Shown here in pieces: positions 29,842 through 36,462 of a stretch of 36,462 nt of DNA. The notes beneath the pieces were generated by a model. The model was not told where the DNA came from. It saw only the letters and a list, made by a program, of their open reading frames with translations, and made no database searches. Origin of the DNA: Nitrospiraceae bacterium (GTDB lineage Bacteria; Nitrospirota; Nitrospiria; Nitrospirales; UBA2166); NCBI GenBank assembly GCA_002726235.1, contig PBSN01000008.1, positions 128,088 through 164,549 of the forward strand. The letters run 5' to 3'. Made by a program: the position numbers and the translations under genes. How positions within the stretch are numbered: the stretch's first letter is position 1; each line of letters starts with the position of its first letter.

Positions 29842-30561
29842 TTATTTAGGGGATACTATCCCGGCTTCTTCAAGACAGGCCAGCGGCGACAGTGATTCCA
29901 TTCCATTGTTTGCGGAGCTTTGTGTTGTTGTAAGACGGATAGTTTTCCCATCTGTTGGCAGCGTGATTCCCAGTTCCTGCCGAACCCTCCGGATAATCTT
30001 AATCATATGATCAAATTTTTGCACATCTAAATCCTGTGCACTCAACATGGCATCTTCATGGATATCATGACACCATCCAATCGTTAGGCAATTGGTACCC
30101 ATCCGCACCATACGAAGTCCGAGGTTCGCGTAATGGCAATGAATGCCGATGAATAAAGCAACTTCGATTTTATTGGTGTTAATCGTTAAATTGGGATGAT
30201 TTGGATTAATTGCTTCTTCCGGGTCGATCTTCGGATACTTCGGACGATAATCTGGCATTGGAATAATTGATACTCCGGGAATTTCCGCGGCAAGTCGTAA
30301 CATTGCCTGTGCCTTTGCCATCCATTCGTTATTCCATGCCCACAGATACAATGGACCGGGGAAAATAGTGGGATTTTTGCGCGTAAGAAGTTGTCGCGCC
30401 ATTTCCTCAAGCACTGTGTCTTCCGGTGCGTGATGCCCATATAGAAGCCCAAATCCTGAATCTGGATGAGTCACCCCCATCGACATCGCTGATGGTACTA
30501 AAAACCCGGCAGGCCCAACATCTATTATTCGATCTGATGTATTTTTTTGAGCAGTAGTCAC
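29842..30561 (-). CDS. forD: Delta subunit of five-subunit 2-oxoacid:ferredoxin oxidoreductase (ForD/PorD family)
   Basis: NPTIFPGP..LW.W, IIPMPDYRPKYPKIDPE..INPNHPNLTI, G.HCHYANL, HEDAM; RBS GAGGAAGGGG. Confidence 0.8.
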   Translation of the reverse strand: MTTAQKNTSDRIIDVGPAGFLVPSAMSMGVTHPDSGFGLLYGHHAPEDTVLEEMARQLLTRKNPTIFPGPLYLWAWNNEWMAKAQAMLRLAAEIPGVSIIPMPDYRPKYPKIDPEEAINPNHPNLTINTNKIEVALFIGIHCHYANLGLRMVRMGTNCLTIGWCHDIHEDAMLSAQDLDVQKFDHMIKIIRRVRQELGITLPTDGKTIRLTTTQSSANNGMESLSPLACLEEAGIVSPK

Positions 30562-30626
30562 GTCTACATCCCCTTCCTCTGAAGCTCTATCACAGTTGAA
30601 CCTTTCTCAATAAAACTCACCGAGAG

Positions 30627-30656
30627 AATATATCATTACGTGCTAACGAAATTCAA
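30627..30656 (-). promoter_or_regulatory. Putative sigma70 promoter of forD
   Basis: Minus strand TTGAAT-N18-TATATT with a TGn extension. Confidence 0.45.
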
Positions 30657-30744
30657 ACATGGGGGAGTTGCTACTTTACGCAAGTGATCCCAAGCTGTAG
30701 TATGTGCGGCCGAGGAAGACAAGTCGTGCTATGTCGGGGCAATT

Positions 30745-30876
30745 GATTACCTCGGACGTATTAGGAATTCGAGCGGTGGTTTGTTGATGGAGTTGCCTGT
30801 TGCAGTGATTGCTTTTCAGTTGCGCTGGCCAGAAAGATTTCAATGTCCGCGGTGCGGGAAAAACAATTATGGTTAG
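30745..30876 (+). pseudogene. IS1595-family transposase N-terminal zinc-ribbon remnant
   Basis: DY/RTY*EFERWFVDGVACC/FQLRWPERFQCPRCGKNNYG*, with two frameshifts and one internal stop. Confidence 0.75.
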
Positions 30877-31052
30877 CGTTGTTGAGGTTCACTCAGAAGG
30901 GATGTGGGGATTTTTGGATGAGCGCAAATGCGCGTATTGCTTACGCTTTGATAGCATCCCATCTGTTGCCTAGTACGTTGAATCTAGGTTGTCGAACAGG
31001 GGGCGTTTGACTACAATTTTGTGTGATCTGTGGCATAGAGGAACTCGAGTAC

Positions 31053-31304
31053 ATGAAAAAGGCTAATTATCATGATTTGTCGTTGGACATTGTCGATACG
31101 TCTTGCGTGGTATGTAGGAAACCCTTTTATCGGCGAATTACGTTCTTCACCGGAGGATGGTCGAGGTGTTCTATATGCGATCAGTTCGTCCACTACGCAT
31201 GTCTAGCTTCAAGCTCGTTCAAGTATTTTAAACGGCGGCCACGGGTGTGTCAGCATTGTGTGGAGTGTGCAGGAACACGTCAGTCTGCTGAACGTCATGC
31301 ATGA
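31053..31304 (+). CDS. Small C4HC3 cross-brace zinc-finger protein (PHD/C1-like)
   Basis: C-x2-C-x17-C-x2-C-x4-H-x2-C-x15-C-x2-C; ATG 31053 after AGAGGAA. Confidence 0.7.
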   Translation: MKKANYHDLSLDIVDTSCVVCRKPFYRRITFFTGGWSRCSICDQFVHYACLASSSFKYFKRRPRVCQHCVECAGTRQSAERHA

Positions 31305-31359
31305 GGCATATCGACGAGTCATCTGTCGTGCCTCGACTAGCATTTGTTCTAAGACAGTA

Positions 31360-31632
31360 ATGTTAAATAAAGCTTTCATTGGTGTGATCATGATCGTTCA
31401 CTGGGTGAGCGGGTATTGGATTGCTGTCGTTATTGCAGGGGAGGTGTTGTCGTGGCCGCAAGTAGCACGAGTGCTACTCTACAGTCTGATAAACCTGATT
31501 CTTGCATATGAATTTGTGTATAAACCTGCAAAGGATTGTAATCCGAGTCGCGCGATCGGGCATGTTTTTGGCGTAAGTCTGATCCCATTTTGTCTTGGGA
31601 TTGCGTGTGTCATCATTCTGTTCGTGTTGTGA
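31360..31632 (+). CDS. Hypothetical small membrane protein (about 3 TM helices)
   Basis: Three hydrophobic segments; start uncertain (31297 or 31360). Confidence 0.55.
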   Translation: MLNKAFIGVIMIVHWVSGYWIAVVIAGEVLSWPQVARVLLYSLINLILAYEFVYKPAKDCNPSRAIGHVFGVSLIPFCLGIACVIILFVL

Positions 31633-31703
31633 GAATTAAGAACAAGGAGTGATGCCTTGTCGTGCAGTCCCACAAGCCTCATCCAGTAGCTTGAGGTTGT
31701 AGC

Positions 31704-32666
31704 TCAGGCTACGACTGAGTGAGTGGCCTTGCCTTGCAGTGCTGCGAGCGCATTTTCCGCAGACATCTGAGCTTGTCGCTGTACTGTTTCTTCTGTGCGA
31801 GATCCCGCGCGTGCTGTCATAATCACATTATCCAATTCAAGGAATAAGTGGCCAAGCGGTGGTTCTGGTGTGTGGATGTCAAAGGCCACACCGCGGATTC
31901 GTTTGGCCTTGAGTGCTTCATAAACCGCATCTTCGTCAATAAACTCCAAGCTAGAGGCATTAATCAAAAATGCACCTGGTTTCATGCGATGAACACGTTC
32001 CCGGGTGAGAAACCCAACTGTATCGGGTCCAAGGTTAAGGTGTATGGTGACGAAATCGGATTCTTTCAGGAGTTGATTTGCAAGGACATATTCAATGCCA
32101 TGCTGCTCTGCAAACTTCTCATCTGGGCGATGGTCAAACCCCTGTACGTTCATACCGATTGCCACGGCTCGTTTTGCAACCTCTTTCCCGCATCGTCCGA
32201 CGCCAATAATTCCTAGGGTTTTCCCCATAACCTCGATTCCCGTGGGTTGTGTCCATTTTTGTCTTCGAATATCAAGGTCCATGCGAGGGACGTTTCGTGC
32301 AAGACCCAACATGAGAGCGATTGTCAATTCTGCCACCGATATCTGATGGACTCCAGGAGTAAATGTCACCACGATTCCGCGTTCCCTTGCCATATCCATA
32401 TCAATACTGTCGACGGAGACTCCAAACTTTGAAATCACCTTGAGGTCTCTGGCCTGCTCGATAATCCGGCGACTGATCGGTTCTTCTCCTGCGATCAATG
32501 CAATTGCGCCATCGAGAAGAGCAACGATTTCATCTTCACTGAGATCTCGGCGCAACGAGTTCTGAACAATCTCATACCCGGCTGCTTGGAGTACTTGGAT
32601 TGGTTTATCACCCGCTTCGGTGAAGAGAGCTGGCAGAATGACAATTCTATTTGCGAGTGTGGTCAT
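31704..32666 (-). CDS. D-2-hydroxyacid (phosphoglycerate) dehydrogenase-family protein with an atypical active site
   Basis: ISKFGVSVDSID, SVAEL, GKTLGIIGVGRCG, MKPGAFLIN; RBS AAAGGAG. Confidence 0.9.
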   Translation of the reverse strand: MTTLANRIVILPALFTEAGDKPIQVLQAAGYEIVQNSLRRDLSEDEIVALLDGAIALIAGEEPISRRIIEQARDLKVISKFGVSVDSIDMDMARERGIVVTFTPGVHQISVAELTIALMLGLARNVPRMDLDIRRQKWTQPTGIEVMGKTLGIIGVGRCGKEVAKRAVAIGMNVQGFDHRPDEKFAEQHGIEYVLANQLLKESDFVTIHLNLGPDTVGFLTRERVHRMKPGAFLINASSLEFIDEDAVYEALKAKRIRGVAFDIHTPEPPLGHLFLELDNVIMTARAGSRTEETVQRQAQMSAENALAALQGKATHSVVA

Positions 32667-32931
32667 ACGAATTCAAACTCCTTTCCGATATACTCTAAGG
32701 CGCCACGGCAACGGCTTAGGACTGCCCATATGCGTTCTTTACACACCACACCGGCTCTAAGTCTATAACCGCTTCCGACTAGTGAGCCTGTTAGTATGCC
32801 GGGGCTGTCTTCCTAAGCCGAAAACCAGTAAGAACAGCCTCTCAACACGTAATGGAGGGCGCGCAATGGCCCAGTATAGAGCATTCCAGGGAGAACCTCA
32901 ACGAAATCTTCCCAGTGCTAGGACCTCTTGC

Positions 32932-32960
32932 TTGTAAGAGGAACCGCATTTTGCTATGTT
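32932..32960 (+). promoter_or_regulatory. Putative sigma70 promoter of hflKC
   Basis: TTGTAA-N17-TATGTT with a TGn extension. Confidence 0.45.
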
Positions 32961-33006
32961 GAAGTCTCACTAGAGCGTTAATACGCGGTGAAAAGGAGGA
33001 TTCTGT

Positions 33007-34032
33007 ATGGCGTGGCAGCAGGGTGATCAATGGGGACAGTCCGATAACCCATTACAGGACATTTTTAAGAAAGTTGAACGTCTTTTTGGTGGTGGAGGTG
33101 GACCTGTTAAGGGGCTGAAAACCATCATTGCATTGGGGTTAATCATTCTATTTTTTGTGTCTGCTTTTTATACCGTGGCACCAGACGAGCAAGGCGTTGT
33201 CAAGCGTTTTGGCAAGGTGGTACGAGTCACAAATCCTGGACCGCATTTCCGTGTGCCCGTCATCGAAACAGTCTATAAACCGCAAGTGACCAAGGTTCAT
33301 CCCGTTGCCATAGGGTTTCGTCGAGATCCTAGCGGGCGTGCACAGGTGCTGCCACGAGAAGCTTTGATGCTCACCGGCGATGAAAATATTTTGCAGGTTG
33401 AAACGGTCGTCCAATATCGGATTCAGGATGCTGAAGCCTATCTGTTTAACGTTGCGAACGTTGAATCAACCATAAAAAAGGGGAGTGAAGCCGCAATTCG
33501 TGAAGTGTTAGGAAAAACTCACGTCGATGATGCTCTGACGACTGGGAAACAGGAGATCCAAACCAAAACTCAGGACATTGCCCAAAAGATCTTGGATAGT
33601 TATTCCGCTGGGGTTGAAATTACGACTGTTCAGTTGAAGGATGTCTCGCCGCCCAAGGAAGTTGTTGCAGCGTTTAAGGATGTAGCCAGCGCAAAGGAGG
33701 ATCGTGAGCGGCTGATTCGTCAGGCGCAAAGTTATGAAAACGATATTATCCCAAAAGCGAAGGGCCAGGCAGCTCAAACGGTCAACGAGGCTGAGGCTTT
33801 TGCTCAGGCGAGGGTGCAGCGTGCCAAGGGCGAGGGGGATCGATTCGTAAAACAGCTTAAGGAGTACCGTCGTGGAAAGGATGTGATCCGAAAACGCATC
33901 TATATCGAAACGATGGAAGCAATATTACCGAGGATGGACAAAGTCATTATCGAAGGGAAAGTTGCGGATGGCATCCTTCCCTATCTTCCACTTGGACAAG
34001 GGGTGCGAGCGAAAGGTAATGTCGGACAATGA
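33007..34032 (+). CDS. hflK: FtsH protease modulator HflK
   Basis: MAW start, TM helix, MLTGDENI, V.AAF.DV..A.ED, RIYIETME. Confidence 0.95.
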   Translation: MAWQQGDQWGQSDNPLQDIFKKVERLFGGGGGPVKGLKTIIALGLIILFFVSAFYTVAPDEQGVVKRFGKVVRVTNPGPHFRVPVIETVYKPQVTKVHPVAIGFRRDPSGRAQVLPREALMLTGDENILQVETVVQYRIQDAEAYLFNVANVESTIKKGSEAAIREVLGKTHVDDALTTGKQEIQTKTQDIAQKILDSYSAGVEITTVQLKDVSPPKEVVAAFKDVASAKEDRERLIRQAQSYENDIIPKAKGQAAQTVNEAEAFAQARVQRAKGEGDRFVKQLKEYRRGKDVIRKRIYIETMEAILPRMDKVIIEGKVADGILPYLPLGQGVRAKGNVGQ

Positions 34033-34892
34033 GTGTGCAGAATATAATTCTTGGCGTTGTTGTAGCCGTCGTTGTGCTGTTGATGCTGGGAGCCTCACCG
34101 TTTTTCGTTGTGGATCTCACCGAGACTGCGATCGTCGTTCGTTTGGGAAAACCGGTCAATACGATCATCGAGCCTGGGTTAAAGTTTAAGATTCCGTTTG
34201 TTGAGGAGGTGCACTATTTTGATAAGCGTCTTCTTGATTACGATGTTCCTCCTCAAGATGTGATTACCCTCGATAAGAAGACAATTAGGATCGATAACTA
34301 CGGGAAATGGACGATCCGTGATCCGTTGAAGGTGTATGAAGCATTTCGGACACAACGGAGAGCGCTCAATCGGCTTGATGATATTATCTATTCTGAGCTT
34401 CGCGTTGAGCTTGGGAAACATACGTTGACAGAGATTGTTTCGGAAAGCCGGACTGATCTTATGGCGAAAGTGACACATGCTGCAGGTGCGAAGGCCTCAG
34501 CATATGGCATTGACATTCTTGATGTGCGGATTAAGCGTGCTGATCTCCCAGATCAGAACGAAAAAGCAGTATTTGCTCGGATGCAGGCGGAGCGTGAACG
34601 CGAGGCCAAGTTATACCGATCTCAGGGAGAAGAGGAGGCACAGAAAATTCGCTCATCTGCTGAAAAAGAGCGAGAAATTCTTCTTGCTGAAGCTGACAAG
34701 ACCGCACAGGAATTGATGGGAGATGGGGATGCTGCGGCGTTTGCGATTTTCTCAGAGGCTTACAAAAAGGATCCTGATTTCTTTGCCTTTATCCGCTCAA
34801 TGGAGGCCTATAAAAAGACAATGAACGAGCAGTCTATGCTGGTGATTAGTCCAGATTCTGAGTTCTTCAAATATCTCAAAAAATCAAAGTAA
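34029..34892 (+). CDS. hflC: FtsH protease modulator HflC
   Basis: EPGLKFKIPF, FDKRLL, DVRIKRADLP, RMQAERER, DPDFFAFIRSMEAY, DSEFFKY. Confidence 0.95.
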   Translation: MSVQNIILGVVVAVVVLLMLGASPFFVVDLTETAIVVRLGKPVNTIIEPGLKFKIPFVEEVHYFDKRLLDYDVPPQDVITLDKKTIRIDNYGKWTIRDPLKVYEAFRTQRRALNRLDDIIYSELRVELGKHTLTEIVSESRTDLMAKVTHAAGAKASAYGIDILDVRIKRADLPDQNEKAVFARMQAEREREAKLYRSQGEEEAQKIRSSAEKEREILLAEADKTAQELMGDGDAAAFAIFSEAYKKDPDFFAFIRSMEAYKKTMNEQSMLVISPDSEFFKYLKKSK

Positions 34893-34912
34893 CCAGAGTT
34901 CCGTCTCCTCAA

Positions 34913-36451
34913 ATGCGGAAGACTAAACATACCTCACATAGCTCCCATATTGTGCAGAACGTTGGGCGGTATGGTGTTGTGTGGCTAGTTGTAGCGAGTG
35001 TGATTCTTGCTCCAAGTAGCTTTGTCTTTGCTGCTGCTGTTGCCTATATCACCAATGGACCCAATGTTGAGCTCACGGGTAATGCGCGGAATATCGAAGC
35101 GATCGATACGATTGTGCATCAGAATGTGGGGACCATTGATCAGCGGTTTGGCATTGGAAAGTTGCCACGTGCTGTGACATTTTCACCAAACGGGAAAAGG
35201 GCCTATGTGGCAAACTTTAGTGATGACTCGGTTTCGGTCGTAACCGTCCGTTTTAATGAGGTTATCAACCGTGATATTGGTCCCGGTAATGACATTATTC
35301 GTGTTGGGGATGGACCTTTTGGCGTTGCAGTGACCCCAAATGGGAAACGGGCCTATGTGTCTAATGAACTGGACAATACCATCTCTGTCATCAACGTGGA
35401 TACAAAAAGTCCTACATTTCACACAGTTCTGGAGACTATCTCAGTTGGGGAATTGCCAACGGGTATTGCCGTAACACCGGATGGCACAAAGGTGTATGTT
35501 GGACATCTTACTCGACAAGGAAGCGAAGTTCCTGCAACGTTGACGATTATTGAGGTTGCGACGAACAAGGTGCTTAAGACCATAGAATTTCAGCCACAGG
35601 AGTTTTCACGTCCACCGGCGATTGGGATGGTGACAATTCTGAACCAGGCATACGTGACGGGTGTAGCACTTGATAATGAGGGTGGTCAGAGTGTCAGCGT
35701 TATTGATGTATTGACTGATGAGGTCATCACTACCATTGGTGTGGGTGCACGACCATCAGACGTGGCGTTTCACCCCGATGGAGCCCGCGCGTTTGTCGCA
35801 AATAGTGGTTCTCATTCGTTCTCGGTCATCAATACATTGACTGGGCAGGTGACCAACGAGATCGTCACGGACCGTAATCCATGGGCCGTCGCGGTTGCGC
35901 CTGACGGATTAACCATGTATGTCGTATTTGCGGCAATTGATGAAGCGGCTATCGGGATTGCTGCGGTATTCGACATCGAGAGCTTATCTGCTAATCCGCT
36001 GGTTCCATTTGTCGAGCATGACGGAGCGTCAACGGATATTGCGATTCAGCCAGTTCTGAGGCTGAAGTCCCCTAATGGGGGGGAGGTGTTTCGATCTGGA
36101 GATGAGCAGGTTATCAGGTGGCGAATGATACAAGGAGGGGCGCAAAACGCTAGGACAATTGTCGTCGCGGATCATGTAGACGTGAGCTATTCGCTGGATA
36201 GTGGTCGAACATTTGGGAACATCATTGTTGAAGGAGCTCCAGCACCGTGTCGAAAAACACGAACCTCGATAGAAGACGGCGTCGAAAATTCTGAAATCGA
36301 TGTGTGCGAGAAGTTTGGTGGAGACAATCTTTGGATTGTTCCACAAGCAGACTCAGCTTCAGTACGCGTTAAAATTGTTGTGAGAGATGCGTCAGGTCAG
36401 GCCATTGCCACGGATTTCAGCAACGCTGATTTTACGATCTTGGCAAATTAG
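34913..36451 (+). CDS. Secreted YVTN beta-propeller repeat protein with a C-terminal Ig-like domain
   Basis: Repeats of VG..P.GVAVTPDG..AYV.N.....SVI; C-terminal SPNGGE...IRW...YS.DSG...W.VP...DFS...FTI. Confidence 0.88.
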   Translation: MRKTKHTSHSSHIVQNVGRYGVVWLVVASVILAPSSFVFAAAVAYITNGPNVELTGNARNIEAIDTIVHQNVGTIDQRFGIGKLPRAVTFSPNGKRAYVANFSDDSVSVVTVRFNEVINRDIGPGNDIIRVGDGPFGVAVTPNGKRAYVSNELDNTISVINVDTKSPTFHTVLETISVGELPTGIAVTPDGTKVYVGHLTRQGSEVPATLTIIEVATNKVLKTIEFQPQEFSRPPAIGMVTILNQAYVTGVALDNEGGQSVSVIDVLTDEVITTIGVGARPSDVAFHPDGARAFVANSGSHSFSVINTLTGQVTNEIVTDRNPWAVAVAPDGLTMYVVFAAIDEAAIGIAAVFDIESLSANPLVPFVEHDGASTDIAIQPVLRLKSPNGGEVFRSGDEQVIRWRMIQGGAQNARTIVVADHVDVSYSLDSGRTFGNIIVEGAPAPCRKTRTSIEDGVENSEIDVCEKFGGDNLWIVPQADSASVRVKIVVRDASGQAIATDFSNADFTILAN

Positions 36452-36462
36452 GAGAGTGCTAG

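Noticed and set aside
32795..32830. SRP RNA-like AGGAAGACAGCC on the minus strand
   Set aside because: Lacks the CAGG...GNRA...AGCAG domain IV arrangement.
32939..32955. Sigma54-like GGAAC...TTGCT upstream of hflK
   Set aside because: GG-to-GC spacing is 11 rather than 10; a sigma70 reading fits better.
501..36346. Many overlapping ORFs in the track (e.g. 501-1022, 7651-8160, 18586-19152, 24530-25075, 26849-27328, 28337-28819)
   Set aside because: Antisense or off-frame shadows of well-supported genes, with no motifs.
1..36462. CRISPR arrays, tRNA, rRNA, intact transposases, prophage or defence genes
   Set aside because: No spaced direct repeats, cloverleafs, complete transposases or recognisable phage/defence motifs were seen by eye.

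Overview
Mostly core-genome DNA from a bacterium that is very probably a member of the Nitrospirota. This is inferred from the five-subunit For-type 2-oxoglutarate:ferredoxin oxidoreductase of the reductive TCA cycle and from Nitrospira-like intergenic repeat remnants. In order, the window holds: a partial VOC gene, an NHL-repeat protein, a TtuB/TtuA-like tRNA thiolation pair with GT2 and LAB_N genes, two peroxiredoxins, a UvrD-type helicase, uvrB, TolC, bamD, rsmA, a zinc aminopeptidase, a PanE fusion, cobB, trpF-trpB-trpA, an SLBB/Wzz export pair, queF, forB-forC-forE-forA, a separately transcribed inverted forD, a D-2-hydroxyacid dehydrogenase homologue, hflK-hflC and a YVTN propeller protein. 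I saw no rRNA, tRNA or CRISPR array. The most unusual region is 29.0-32.9 kb. There, forD lies outside its operon between two decayed transposase remnants absent from the ORF track (IS30-like and IS1595-like), next to a eukaryote-like C4HC3 zinc-finger mini-protein and a dehydrogenase lacking its catalytic Arg and His. Other oddities are a PanE fused to a Moco-type domain, a MetV-like mini-protein coupled to queF, and a sulfur carrier ending GG-Ile. All family assignments come from motif recognition by eye; no searches were run, and I cannot confirm that any of this is undescribed.
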